Part shown: one piece after another, positions 48,001-51,270 of the stretch
Position numbering within the stretch: position 1 is the stretch's first letter
Layout of the letters: each line of letters begins with the position of its first letter
DNA from: Candidatus Firestonebacteria bacterium RIFOXYD2_FULL_39_29
Lineage (GTDB): Bacteria; Oederibacteriota; D2-FULL-39-29
DNA length: 64,000 nucleotides
Assembly: GCA_001778375.1 (NCBI GenBank)
Contig: MFGV01000018.1
Location: 47,022 to 111,021 of the forward strand
Direction of reading: 5' to 3'
The notes under the pieces: generated by a model
The model's input: only the letters and a program-made list of their open reading frames with translations
What the model was told of the DNA's origin: nothing
Databases searched by the model: none
Position numbers and translations under genes: made by a program

Positions 48001-50938
48001 CCGTTGGATAGGAAGCTGCATTTATATTTGTAGCAATGGTGGTCCAGGTAACCAGCTGTGACCCGGTCTGTCCGGTTGCAGAGTAGACGGTGTACTCCGC
48101 ATAATTCAAAAGCGATGTCGTATCCGTGAAATCCACATTGTAAGCCGTCCCTGCAGCGGACCTCCAGGTATTGTCCCCTGCTTGATTATTTGTCACACCG
48201 GGATTACTTGTATCCTTCTTTACATAGAACACATCATTTTGCGAATAAGTATTTCCCGCGTTATCATAAGCTCTTACCGAAACATAATTCGTCCCCTGCT
48301 GTAAAGACTCATACACTACCTGCCAGTCGGTGGTATAAGAAACCGCATTAATATTTGTTGCTATTGTTGTCCAGGTGACCAGCTGCGAACCGGTTTGCCC
48401 GGTAGCAGAGTAGACGGTGTACTCCGCATAATTCAAAAGCGATGTCGTATCCGTGAAATCCACATTGTAAGCCGTCCCTGCCGCGGACCTCCAGGTATTG
48501 TCCCCTGCTTGATTATTTGTCATACCGGGATTACTTGTATCCTTCTTTACATAGAACACATCATTTTGCGAATAAGTATTTCCCGCGTTATCATAAGCTC
48601 TGACGGAAACATAATTCGTTCCCTGCTGCAAGGATGCGTAAGCCACCTGCCAGTCGGTGGTATAAGAAGCTGCATTTATATTTGTGGCTATTGTTGTCCA
48701 GGTAATCAGTTGAGAACCGGTTTGTCCGGTAGCAGAGTAGACGGAGTACTGAACGTAATTTAAATTCGCCCCGCCGGCATCCGTAAAGTCCACATTATAG
48801 GTTGTCCCTGAGGCCGCTCGCCAGGTATTATCCCCGCCCTGATTATTCGTCACACCGGGTATCGTTGTATCGCAGCCAATATCGGCAGCTGCTTCAGCAT
48901 TAGGTGTTGAAGTCGGATAAGAAACCCACGGAGAACTCCCATTTGCGCCGGTAACTCTCGCCTGCCAGTGATATACATTTCCTGTGGCAAGCGTTACGGT
49001 CACCGAACCCGTTACCGTAGATCCTGAAAAAGCAACACCGGTTCCGGTAAAATTCGCAGTTCCGGTAAAAGAAGTACCGACAGGCTTTATCTCCACCTGA
49101 GGTATTAAAGTTTCGCTTGCGAGCGGTGAGTCCATAGTAAATCTCATAACTGCTGTTGTTTCATTCGTATATTCCCCGGTTGTAAGTACTGTACTTCCAT
49201 TTGCTTTATATTGAACTAATGAAACAGGCGGTTTGGGCGGAAAGAAATATGAATATGTCCCGTTAAATACGCTTCCAAATGATGCCGCATTAGCGTTTAT
49301 GGAATAATTTGCAATAGCAGAAGTTGTTGCCTCAGTTATTTGCCCTGCATTTTTATATACCACGGAATCCCCGTGGGTTTCTGTATTTGTCCTGTGCGAA
49401 ACTGTCTGCGTGCTTGTGGAATTTATCCCCTGTGTTGTCGTATAGTCACCCGTCGTCGAATTGCCGCCGGAAACCGTTCCCTGAGTAATTTCGGCTCTTA
49501 AACCTGCATTTCTTAACGTGAGAGTACCGTTATTTGTACTGTACCAATACGGGAACCAGGTATTGAATGTCTGGTTGGAGGAGGTATTAAAACCGTCAAC
49601 TGACTGACCTGTAAAAATAGAGTAACTATTTGTAAACTTTTTACTTTCTCCGGTATAGTTATAAGTAATAATGAGTTCAACGCCGTATCCTCCTGCTCTT
49701 GCATTATCGCCAAAAGTAATAGATACCGCATCCCCGCTGCTAAAATTCACTTTTTGTTCGGAAAGATCGTGGAGGAAACTAAAACCTGAAACTTGTGCGG
49801 CAGTCACAACCATACTATACGCTCTTTGAGTTACACCAAAGCCTCCGATTGCGGAATCCAGCACGATATTCGAGGCCGTGGTATTATCATAATTACCAAA
49901 TATCAAGGCGTAGATTCTTGAAACCGACACACCCTCTTCTTCCAGATAAATATTATCAGAAACACCTGCTCCGGCCCCGCTTACAAGCTGCCCCAAGATA
50001 TAGCGTACCGTTTTAGTTTTAGTCGCAGAATTGTTATCGCATTCATAAGTAACAACACATTCACCGGAAAGCATATTCAAACTGTTCTGAGTCCAGGTAA
50101 TATCCAGCGACTGATTTGAATTTATGGTAAAACCGGTTAATCCCGTGTTTCCCTGATGATCGAGAAATTTAAAATCATACGAATCTTTAAGTCCGCCGTC
50201 CAGGATATACGTTGAAGAGCCGGAACCCTGCCCTGTAATCTTTACATTCAAACTTCCATCCGTAGTTGAACCGCCGGATTGTCTGTAACCCCTGACTTCA
50301 AACCACTGCTGTCTTACTACAACATTGCTGTCCGCAATATCCGCACGGTAAGAATAAGCTTTGGTCTGCGCGCCCAGAGCTGAAGTTGCCGCAGCAATAT
50401 TAACGTCATAATACAAAGGAAACCTTACCGTTTTTATTTGTATTGAAAAAGTATCATCATATTCATAGGTAATATAAAGTTTTAAAGAATGCCCGTTTAT
50501 AGTAGGACCCGTCACCGTTACCGATGCGGTATACTGTTGGTTGGTTAAAGCAGTAATTGCAGTGGTTACATCCGCTTTTGCATAAAATCTTGAGGCCTCA
50601 CCGGTGGGAAAAAGATATGTTCCTGTTATCGGATCTCTAACCGTGCTTGCAGAAGCTCCGGCATCAAAATTAATATCAAGTCCGGTAATATTCGCGCTTG
50701 TTGAAAGAACTCCTTCAAATTCAAGCCAGGCGCTCCGGATTGTTCTTGTTGTTTCCGGAATGTAAACATTTACGGAAGAAGGCGTCCACGCCGCGCCGCT
50801 GGCAACATTGGTTGCGCTATAATACGAACCAAAACTGTATTCAATAGTTTTAATTCTCGTTCCAGCAAATGAAGTTGCCGCGAGAATCAGTGCAAGCACC
50901 GCCGTCCTGCTAAATATGGTTAACATTTTTCTCATCAT
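22895..50938 (-). CDS. Giant (9,347-aa) secreted repeat-rich surface protein: N-terminal domain, 56 tandem ~109-aa repeats, two FN3+W-blade supermodules, LTD domains and C-terminal PQQ-like propeller
   Basis: Single uninterrupted 28,044-nt ORF with N-terminal signal peptide (MMRKMLTIFSRTAVLALILAATSFAG). The 327-bp periodicity is visible directly in the DNA and protein. Identified by motif: FN3-like (VSWTAPGDDG...YYVAIKAYD), LTD-like (INEVYSLGASAGADWVELYNDTGSDVGLSGWTL; VKINEISYHQLADEFIELNNTGGTAVTLAGYIL), and PQQ blades at the C-terminus. Confidence 0.8.
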   Translation of the reverse strand: MMRKMLTIFSRTAVLALILAATSFAGTRIKTIEYSFGSYYSATNVASGAAWTPSSVNVYIPETTRTIRSAWLEFEGVLSTSANITGLDINFDAGASASTVRDPITGTYLFPTGEASRFYAKADVTTAITALTNQQYTASVTVTGPTINGHSLKLYITYEYDDTFSIQIKTVRFPLYYDVNIAAATSALGAQTKAYSYRADIADSNVVVRQQWFEVRGYRQSGGSTTDGSLNVKITGQGSGSSTYILDGGLKDSYDFKFLDHQGNTGLTGFTINSNQSLDITWTQNSLNMLSGECVVTYECDNNSATKTKTVRYILGQLVSGAGAGVSDNIYLEEEGVSVSRIYALIFGNYDNTTASNIVLDSAIGGFGVTQRAYSMVVTAAQVSGFSFLHDLSEQKVNFSSGDAVSITFGDNARAGGYGVELIITYNYTGESKKFTNSYSIFTGQSVDGFNTSSNQTFNTWFPYWYSTNNGTLTLRNAGLRAEITQGTVSGGNSTTGDYTTTQGINSTSTQTVSHRTNTETHGDSVVYKNAGQITEATTSAIANYSINANAASFGSVFNGTYSYFFPPKPPVSLVQYKANGSTVLTTGEYTNETTAVMRFTMDSPLASETLIPQVEIKPVGTSFTGTANFTGTGVAFSGSTVTGSVTVTLATGNVYHWQARVTGANGSSPWVSYPTSTPNAEAAADIGCDTTIPGVTNNQGGDNTWRAASGTTYNVDFTDAGGANLNYVQYSVYSATGQTGSQLITWTTIATNINAASYTTDWQVAYASLQQGTNYVSVRAYDNAGNTYSQNDVFYVKKDTSNPGMTNNQAGDNTWRSAAGTAYNVDFTDTTSLLNYAEYTVYSATGQTGSQLVTWTTIATNINAVSYTTDWQVVYESLQQGTNYVSVRAYDNAGNTYSQNDVFYVKKDTSNPGVTNNQAGDNTWRSAAGTAYNVDFTDTTSLLNYAEYTVYSATGQTGSQLVTWTTIATNINAASYPTDWQVAYASLQQGTNYVSVRAYDNSGNTFSQNDVFYVKKDTGNPGITNNQTGDDTWRAAAGTTYNVDFSDATSLLNYVQYTVYSATGQTGSQLVTWTTIATNINAATYTADWQVDYASLQQGTNYVSVRAYDNTGNTLAQNDVFYVKKDTSNPGVTNNQTGDNTWRAASGTTYNVDFTDAGGANLNYAQYAVYSATGLTGSQLVTWTTIATNINAASYTTDWQVAYASLQQGSNYVSVRAYDNAGNTVSQNDVFYVKKDTGNPGVTNNQTGDDTWRAASGTTYNVDFSDATSLLSNVQYKVCSATGQTGTVLKDWTNIATGINATTYTTDWQVDYASLQAGANYVSVRAYDNAGNTFSQNDVFYVKKDSVNPGITNNQTGDDTWRAASGTTYNVDFSDATSLLNNVQYRVCAATGQTGTVLKDWTDIAAGINAATYTIDWQVDYASLQQGTNYVSVRAYDNSGNTVSQTDVFYVKKDTTAPGFTNNQTGDNTWRTSAGTSYDVDFTDASSLLNNVQYTVYSATGRTGSQFKDWTNIATGINSSSYSANWQVDYSSLQEGTNYVSVRAYDTVGNNAVQNDVFYVKKDIANPAITVSQLGDDTWRSEAGTVYNVDFSDATSLLNNVQYKVCSAAGQTGTVLKDWTNIATGINATTYTTDWQVDFASLVAGTNYVSARVYDNAGNTVSQNDVFYIKKDASAPGVTNNQTGDDTWRAAAGAVYNVDFSETGGALLSNVRYKVCAATGQTGTVLKDWTDIATGINASAYTTDWQLDFASLQQGANYVSVSAYDNAGNTVSQNDVFYVKKDSVAPGITNNQTGDDTWRTTAGTVYNTDFSDAVSQLSYVQYTIYSATGQTGTQIKPWTTFSSSINSTDYNPDWIIDFGTCQQGINYVSVRVYDNAGNTASQNDVFYVKKDTVPPLVTNNQTGDDTWRASSGTTYNVDFSDTASLLNNIQYAVYSGTGLTGSQLKNWTNIANTVSASTYTTDFTIDFSACQIGVNYISVRVYDYSTQSTTLTDAFYLKKDTTVPVITNNQTGDDTQRSSPGTTYNVDFSDAGGSLLSYAQYAVYSATGLTGSQLKTWTNIASGINASTYTADWEVDFGALNPGATNYISTRVYDSAGNSAQTNDVFYVIKAANLPTVTDNQTGDNTWRTSNNGTYNVDFASTSGANLGYFQTKVTSLSSQGGSVIQDWTTVVTNIGALNYTDNWAILASTWAALAEGVNNVSVRVYDTSGSPNMTEVSDVFFIKKDTVNPSATNNQAGDTAWRSASGTTYNVDFSDATSLLNNVQYIVYSATGQTGSLIKNWTDIAAGISSSSYTTDWTVDFASLSAGTNYVSVRVYDYASSTTVITDAFYIKKDATAPLITNNQSGDDTWRAASGATYNVDFSDAGGSLLNNVQYSVYSGTGQTGTLIKGWTDIATGINASSYDTNWQADFASLQQGLNYISVRAFDNATGTTVLTDSFYVKKDTVAPEITNNQTGDDTWKDAAGTLYNVDFSDSQSLLKSAEYAVYSGTGQTGSLLKGWTLIADNINASTYTGNWAVDFSSLSEGLNYVSVRSTDNNTNQSSLTDAFYIKKDTAGPVITNNQTGDTTWRAGPGTSYDVNFTDNFSLLSNVQYSVWTATGQTGTNAKTWTDIAVNINNAAYTGNWQVDFTALQNGENYVSVRAYDALGHVTTLTDAFFIRKDVGSPAITNNQLGDNTWRNAAGTAYNVDFNDIGNALLDRAEYSIYSATGKTGSLLKNWTVIASGINASSYTANWQVDFTALQQGTNYVSVRVYDNAGNSSALDDVFYILKDVTSPAFTNNQTGDTAWRSSAGTVYDLDFSDAGESKLSYAEYTVYSQTGLTGTPVISWTLIASLIDLNSFTTNWTVDFASLAEGTNYLSVKLHDYSTNTTTLTDAFYVKKDTLGPGITNNQTGDNTWRNTAGTSYDVDFADPGSLIAYMQYSVYSATGQTGTQLKDWTNIAASVNAATYTTNFTVDYMSLQQGTNYVCVRAYDNIGNTTLLKDAFYVKKDTVSPSAAASSPTNSSTLTFNVAFSSSDSPSGIDYVRLYYTSSNGAPYTWTSYGDFTTSPVAFTASAASVYGFRAVAFDLAGNTDETNPPSSSTGPESSTVVDLTAPSILNSQAGDNTWRNTAGTAYDVNFTDAGSSNLNYAEYTVYSGTGQTESQLVTWTTIATNINTASYTTNWQVNYSSLQQGINYVSVRVYDNAGNSAVLTDAFYVKKDVTVPSVTNNQTGDNTWRSAAGTVYNVDFSDNGSLLASAQYAVYSGTGLTGSTIIGWTNIASAINASTYTVDWSVDFASLSSGTNYVSVRVYDNAGNPETLTDAFYVKKDVTVPSVTNNQAGDNTWRSAAGTVYNVDFSDAGGSLLAAAEYSVWTATGRTGIMNKDWTAVASGINASSYTTDWAVDFTSLSQGSNYVSVRITDNAGGSLISEDVFYVKKDSTNPSITNNQTGDNTWRSINDGVYDLDLSDTGGALLSQVETKVYSGTGQTGSLMKDWTIQLSGLNVSSYTSNWGLDASTWSALQQGVNYITVKVTDNAGNSQSLTDAFYIKKDTAAPSITNNQSGDDTWRASAGTTYNVDFSDSGALLSYVQYKVCSATGQTGSVLKDWTDIASGINASSYTSDWTLDFASLLQGTNYVSVRAYDLIGNNSSLNDVFYVKKDSTAPASVTNFAASTGLEGEINVSWTAPGDDGASGTPSGYLVKLKTSGNFTGTDNDFNSAAAYSQSWGASSAGSSENHVLTGLTPALTYYVAIKAYDKAGNYGAISNLTGNFALTGSDTTAPSAITNLNAVTGDYPGQVILTWTTPGDNGSSGNLQSPANGGYTIKYSVSGQINNDTDWGNATTYAQNFVPEPAGTGESRVLSMPLSNTTYYFAVKAYDEVPNTSGLSNSSSATSGMPGAAAGVIMYGDSTNAAPRYMNWTGSAWDPQLNASNATGSIRWVAVKSCPVVRNEKIAGVLSSDGTLSILRWNGQTSTWTTEFTNTGIGSVNNIYRGFDVAYERSTGDCVVVYSKGTTTNEIGCRVWNGSVWANETTVELATTGIVRWVRLEPKTGAETLALATLDANSDIYAMIWNGSSFANGKTLTASASIATRQCYDIAWETTSGNCMIVFGDGNTPMYDYWNGNSWLAVQGAAPDTASTLNWVRLAADTKPGSNNIAFASHDGSADWNTCIWNGSAWGALPAEDSTMAASTYRCADVAWEKDSGKAVFVAVDASATQFSYITWTSGGWSTTPSVAPKDTYIWPSVLRIMSLYSDPNTNKMTLVGLDTNGNIKSRNWTGSAWVGGTAHNTAASDAAYECFGVAFDKHDITPPSIINNQAVDNTWRTSNNGSYNVDFSDAGGSLLSYFQVKVWSSTGQTGTMLADWSTAASGIAGSSYTANWALPAGVWTAMQQGINYVSVRVYDGVGNTAESADVFYVKKDTSSPVLTNNQTGDNTWRTSAGTSYNVDFSDTTSLLNTVQYIVFSGTGQTGTTIVTWTNIASGINASAYTADWQVDFAALAQGTNYVSVKAADYAGIITTTNDVFYVKKDTQAPAVANNQAGDNTWRTASGTAYNVDFTDSGNSLLNYAEYSVWSGTGQTGSQLKTWTSIATNMSTLTYTSDWQVDFTALQQGTNYVSVRVYDNAGNTGSSNDVFYIKKDTGNPGIVNNQLGDNTWRTAAGTSYDIDFNDSTSLLSSAQYIVYSATGQTGATVITWTNIATGINAGTYTSNWQVDFASLQQGSNYVSVRVYDNSGNTVSLTDAFYIKKDTANPTFTNNQTGDNTWRTAAGTTYNVDFADTGNSLLANAQYSVYSSTGMTGSTIIGWTDIASSINSSSYTTDWTVDFNTLAQGTNYVSVRVYDNAGNTNSLPDAFYVKKATQVPVITNNQTGDNTWRIAAGTAYNVDFSDAGGSLLNTASYSVYSGTGQTGSMLKNWTAIAASINASSYSIDWTVDFTSLQEGINYISVKVTDNAGITTTLQDAFYVKKDTANPVVSNSQLGDDTWRNTAGMTYNVDFSDTTALLENAQYAVYSGTGLTGSQLKDWTNIASGINLNSYTANWSVDFTALQQGSNYISVRVYDKAGNTASLNDAFYIKKDTTTPGVTNNQTGDAAWRNVSGTTYNVDFTDSGNSNLSYVEYSVYSATGRTGTQVIDWTTVATSINADSYTTDWSAAFSSLLNGTNYVSVRVFDNAGNSVISDDVFYINKDTSVPAAVNNQAGDNAWQSSAGKMYDVDFTDAGGSKLSYAEYSVWTATGQTGSNLKVWTTLASGINSNSYTSDWSLDFASLQQGTNYVSVRVYDYAGSTAATSDVFYVKKDVSKPAVSNNQLGDNTWRSTAGTLYNVDFTDSGSSLLNNVQYKICSATGQTGSVLKDWTNIASGINSNSYTSDWAIDFTALAEGANYVSVRVYDNAGLTDYSNDVFYVKKDITVPSYTNNQAGDNTWRSASGTLYNVDFSDAGGSDLSYAEYTVYTATGLTGVQVKTWTTISTNINASSYSTDWQTDFASLYEGVNYISVRAFDSAGSSVTLADAFYVKKDTAGPVITNNQTGDTSWRTAAGTTYNVDFIDNFSLLNNTQYKVCSATGQTGSVLKDWTDIAAGINAAAYTADWTVDFTALQQGTNYVSVRAYDNKSNYTGTTDAFYIKKDTTNPGVANNQLGDDTWRKQAGTTYNVDFSDNQSGLSYSEYAVYSATGKTGSNLVTWTTIATNINSSSYTTDWQVNFSALQNGINYVSVRVYDNTGYTAEVVDAFYVKKDTSAPSITDNQTGDDTVRSAPGTVYNIDFSDTGNSLISYMQYAVYNGTGLQGTNVIPWTDIATGVNASTYTDDWQVNFGALEQGVNNYVSVRVYDNAGNSAQSNDLFYIKKAIGLPSVVDNQTGDDTWRKTNTGSYNIDFLSGSGVNLSYFQVKATSAPNQGGSVYADWTNIATSINSTSYYSDWTLPAGVWNALGEGVNYISVRIYDVASNNTVTDDVFYVKKDTVNPGVTNNQAGDNTWRGSAGTAYNVDFSDSGSTLSSVQYSVYSATGQTGSQLKDWTNIASGINSSSYTTDWTVDFTALQQGTNYVSVRAYDSAGNSITSQDVFYVKKDGAVPGVTNNQTGDDSWRSASGTAYNVDFTDAGGSNLSYAEYAVYSGTGLTGSQIKNWTTIASGINVSSYTTDWQVDFASLSEGTNYVSVRAYDNAGNQVQANDAFYVKKDTINPGITNNQTGDDTWRGSSGTAYNVDFTDNGSLLNNAQYAVYSATGLTGSLVKTWTNIVTGINASSYTTDWQVDYASLSEGTNYVSVRVYDNNTNSTVVTDAFYVKKDTQGPVITNNQAGDDSWRKQSGTAYDVDISDSSSLINNLQYSVWTATGQTGSSLKDWTNIAAGINATAYNSNWVVDFSVLQEGTNYVSVRAYDYVGNTSSLTDAFYIKKDVTNPQIANQQAGDDTWRNEAGTVYNVNFTDSGNSNLSYAEYRVYSGAGSTGSLVKDWTTIAAGINAASYTTDWQVDYAALLEGSNYVSVRVYDNAGNTENQQDAFYVKKDVTVPGVTNNQTGDDTWRSAAGTVYNVDFTDAGNSGLSFVQYKIYSATGMTGSVLKDWTSIAAGINSNSYTTDWSVDFSALQEGTNYISVKAVDNAGSSVTVSDAFYVKKDVTVPGVTNNQTGDNTWRAASGTAYNVDFTDTGNSNLSYAQYRVYSGTGLSGSLVKDWTNIATGINAATYTTDWQVDYAVLLQGFNYVSVRAYDNAGSSTGATDVFYVKKDTAGPVITNNQTGDDTWRKAAGTLYNVDFSDAGSLLNNIQYKITSATGQTGVVLKDWTNISASINASTYTTNFTIDFGALSDGFTYVSVRAYDNLSNASVTNDVFYIKKDVLVPEITDSQAGDDTWRSSSGTTYNINFSDLGESNLSYFQYTVYSNAGLAGTMIKDWTTVASSIDAASYTTDWQVDFASLQQGTNYVSVRVYDNALNTAQTNDVFYVKKDTSGPVITNNQTGDDTWRSASGTVYNIDFTDTNSLLNNAEYAVYSGTGLSGSQLKNWTAIASGINASTYTTDWQVDFAALQNGTNYVSVRISDNQTSSTVLTDAFYVKKDALAPSFTNNQTGDNTWRNTAGTVYNVDFSDTGNSNLSYAQYAVYSATGKTGTLIKDWTNIATGINASSYATDWSVDYNVLADGSNYVSVRAYDNAGGVITSDDVFYVRKDSTLPVVTNNQAGDNTWRSAAGTVYDVDFTDAGGSQLSYAQYTVYSGTGLTGSTIKAWTNIASGINAGSYATNWTVDFTALSEGTNYVSVRVYDNSGNTKQQNDVFYVKKDTQGPTITNNQTGDTAWRNAAGTLYDVDFTDNGSLLNNVQYKVTTATGQTGSIRKDWTDIATGLNAATYTTNFTVDFAALQEGVNYVSVRAYDNLTNAVSQNDVFYINKDTTAPSAITNLSVSTGAEGILNLSWKAPGDDAASGTVSNYSVKYKTSAQGNFSGTDVDFNAASTYTHSWASFVAGGSTETRSITGLNANSLYYVAIKPVDKAGSLGGVSNLTGNSGTTGADVTAPSEITSLSAVTGDYAGEVNLSWTAPGDNGTGINLQAPPNGGYTVKYAPTPVTNLATWNAATTYSQSWTPVNAGVTENRTVSGLTPSTTYYFAIRAYDEVPNTGTYGNSPSAVSGAPGAAAGVIIYGSGSLTNPKYELWSGSAWGSEQTATAATATIRWVITKPCPVFRNEKMAGVLSSGGTMSVLKYDGLTNSWQTQWNVSGIGSNNSIYRGFDIAYEQTTGRCMVVYSTGAASNEIAYRIWDGTSWTNETTYDAGTTGIVYWVRLKQRSGTAEIMLATLDANSDIYALRWSGSVWGNGKTLSTAAAVNSKQCFDIAWENTSGKCMVIWGAGTGTTYDQWNGSIWLASQGTGPNIASTANWIRIASDTASSSNNIAFASLSGSSRWDVCVWTGAAWGALPAADTTMEPSDGFRADVAFEKSSGKAVAVAVDFTSTKLSYITWTSAGGWSATPAAAPKDTYDWSNHIRWVQLEPDPNQNKMTAVGIDESATIASRNWTGSAWTGGTVHNAGASDSLYRCANMCLDMHDTNPPGMTDNQAGDDTWRTSNNGTYNVDFSDAGGSLLAYNQVKVYSGTGMTGSLLSDWTNAVSGINNNSYTTDWALPSAVWTALQEGVNNISVKIVDGAGNNVIEADKFYVKKDTVAPVITNNQSGDTAWRNAAGTSYNVDFSDATSLLNNVQYTVYSATGMTGTNLVAWTNIASSINASTYTTNWTVAWSALAEGTNYVSARGYDNAGLTTLTTDAFYIRKDTVAPSNTTNLTAVPGVSRGQVKLTWTAPGDNGVSADNTAGSYIVRYSTSPIANDTDFENATDYPNTWVPVTAAAEETRYLSGLTPGVTYYFAIKTKDKANNYSALSNNPSCLPQTGNIHINEVYSLGASAGADWVELYNDTGSDVGLSGWTLVYNSGTIASPGTDVAVWTGSAGVTVTNGSVLTLGVSSNLDGNNIRYVKLKDNSNTQIDVVQWPAFTAGASDISFARISDGSNYLEKDPTPTQNALNAVTGTVKINEISYHQLADEFIELNNTGGTAVTLAGYILRGSQSVSGNNPYRKHFTFTRNIDAGSFAAVDNSSTDTGANSFTYENSFGTTNGLTSSADFVALENASGQVEDRATWQSGTPSVYYDYTGTLVLYANSAAGGLSAPNTLGRNGVDTNVDNSDFGSFATPTEGRRNSAGTQVLANTFGSPTINISRNFKISITLGENSSDGVNDTLWFVKTGGNTDTKSPHVFRLSDLGFNTAVTAPQTVTVSGAVITDIEGNKIVDGATYKLILNSDTADGAPAQVVNSAITYDASIPTGVVSDTAPVNGSANNSEKIALLKITVTSTSPAWGNNIELTSVNVKFTDGGGTLLSTAGAQGLFESVSIFRDNANTGVAGSYEPAFDTDVLAAVQNSSISLDGSGVLTMNVPLPDGSEATIQKGTSAVYFVVAELTTNAGAASPNSFKAIVDADIYLRDAYYDVTQATAASAPVSSTGVTVFAPAPPPVDSQYPATVATAVNEQITSPVAINRDTEQGLFMGSSAGKLYALNNDGSAKWTVPFETTGAISSAPQVTMENGNTFIYIANDAGYIYKIKDQGTSGTTTGGWTINLGAVVKAEPIMTGGSIYIGAANGKLFKIDDATGSVIWDTSTAISGNLTGSAAVDEFTPGVSSCWIGSEGGSLYRVNTVNGQVLSTLTTGSSIKSSPFIDGGYQFGASNNLFIPSTDGKMYCRSSVNLTLIPDGWKNRGGQEDGNYNIGSAIETVPFYWAWESPKALYFGANNGKMYKINGETGTPIWEFTTAGAIKSSPIVYNGWVYFGSDDGRCYCISASDGILRSGWPVTTGAAVKAMPVLGGWDDGFGEYTNITFTSTDGKVYALQIQ
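24950..25880 (-). other. Two lamin-tail-domain (LTD)-like modules
   Basis: INEVYSLGASAGADWVELYNDTGSDVGLSGWTL and VKINEISYHQLADEFIELNNTGGTAVTLAGYIL fit the LTD pattern I-[NT]-E-[IV]...[DE]-[WF]-[IV]-E-L-[YN]-N...[VL]-x-L-[SA]-G-[WY]-x-L. Confidence 0.5.
26905..28850 (-). other. Supermodule copy 2: two FN3-like domains plus the W-blade domain (paralogous to 38060..40010)
   Basis: Colinear with copy 1: ...NLSWKAPGDDAASG...YYVAIKPVDKAGS..., LQAPPNGGYTVKY...YYFAIRAYDEVPN..., then YELWSGSAWG, VLKYDGLTNSW, YRIWDGTSWT, ALRWSGSVWG, YDQWNGSIWL, DVCVWTGAAWG, YITWTSAGGWS, SRNWTGSAWT. It ends ...CLDMHD. Confidence 0.65.
28850..38060 (-). repeat. Tandem array C: repeats 27-54 (28 units)
   Basis: Same 109-aa consensus. 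W-variant repeats are at unit 27 (NWALPAGVWTAMQQG) and unit 41 (DWTLPAGVWNALGEG). Confidence 0.7.
38060..40010 (-). other. Supermodule copy 1: two FN3-like domains plus a ~430-aa domain with eight W-N-G-S-x-W blades
   Basis: FN3 motifs (INVSWTAPGDDGASG...YYVAIKAYDKAGNYG; VILTWTTPGDNGSSG...YYFAVKAYDEVPN). Eight spaced motifs follow: YMNWTGSAWD, ILRWNGQTSTW, CRVWNGSVWA, AMIWNGSSFA, YDYWNGNSWL, NTCIWNGSAWG, YITWTSGGWS, SRNWTGSAWV. It ends ...AFDKHDI. Confidence 0.65.
40010..41650 (-). repeat. Tandem array B: repeats 22-26
   Basis: Five consecutive 109-aa units with the same consensus. Repeat 25 is a W-variant (NWGLDASTWSALQQG). Confidence 0.7.
41650..41975 (-). other. Divergent ~105-aa beta-sandwich/FN3-like domain interrupting the repeat array
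   Basis: Translated segment SPSAAASSPTNSSTLTFNVAFSSSDSPSGIDYVRLYYTSSNGAPYTWTSYGDFTTSPVAFTASAASVYGFRAVAFDLAGNTDE does not follow the repeat consensus. Confidence 0.5.
41975..48870 (-). repeat. Tandem array A inside the giant gene: repeats 1-21 of the 327-bp/109-aa unit
   Basis: Protein repeats 1-21 share the consensus NPG[VI]TNNQ[TA]GD[DN]TWR..AGT.YNVDF[ST]D....L....Y.VYS.TG.TGS.L..WT.IA.GINA..YT.DW.VD[FY]..L..G.NYVSVR.YD..GN.....DVFYVKKD. Approximately 46200..48870 the DNA copies are near-identical. Confidence 0.75.
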
Positions 50939-51212
50939 ACAATATTATATACCATCTCCCATATTACAGTAATTATACAACATTTTTTGTACTCTGTAAT
51001 GTATTTTTTTAAACATTGGTCAATATTAGATTACACCTTAAGTTTGCAGGGTTTTACTGAATTAAGTATGACGGGAAGCAGGGGAAGTAAAAGAAGCAAA
51101 TACAGTAGAAGAAGTAGAGGAAGTGCAATCAACAAAAGAAGAAAAGAACTGATTTTTAATAGGATTTTTACTGAATGGCTTTCGTAACTTTTATTACTTC
51201 ATTTTCTTCATC

Positions 51213-51270
51213 CGCCCAGGTGGATTTCGGAAAGAAAAGTTGTTAGATATTTAGACTTTCCTCAACTCCC
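51213..51270 (+). repeat. 60-bp repeat element, copy C (giant-gene leader)
   Basis: CCGCCCAGGTGGATTTCGGAAAGAAAAGTTGTTAGATATTTAGACTTTCCTCAACTCCC. The 3' flank (ATTCCTTTGCTTCTTTTACTTCATTTACTT) is shared with copy D. Confidence 0.65.

Noticed and set aside
41975-48870. CRISPR array or satellite DNA as an explanation for the strict tandem periodicity
   Set aside because: The period is 327 bp, coding and in frame throughout, with no short direct repeats or spacers. It is a protein repeat array.
23376-49731. Dozens of 60-180-aa + strand ORFs inside the giant gene (e.g. 28859..29389, 34073..34468, 42917..43354, 48395..48763)
   Set aside because: These are antisense frames of a highly repetitive, codon-biased gene. 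They repeat with the same 327-bp period and have Arg/Ile/Pro-rich artefactual composition.
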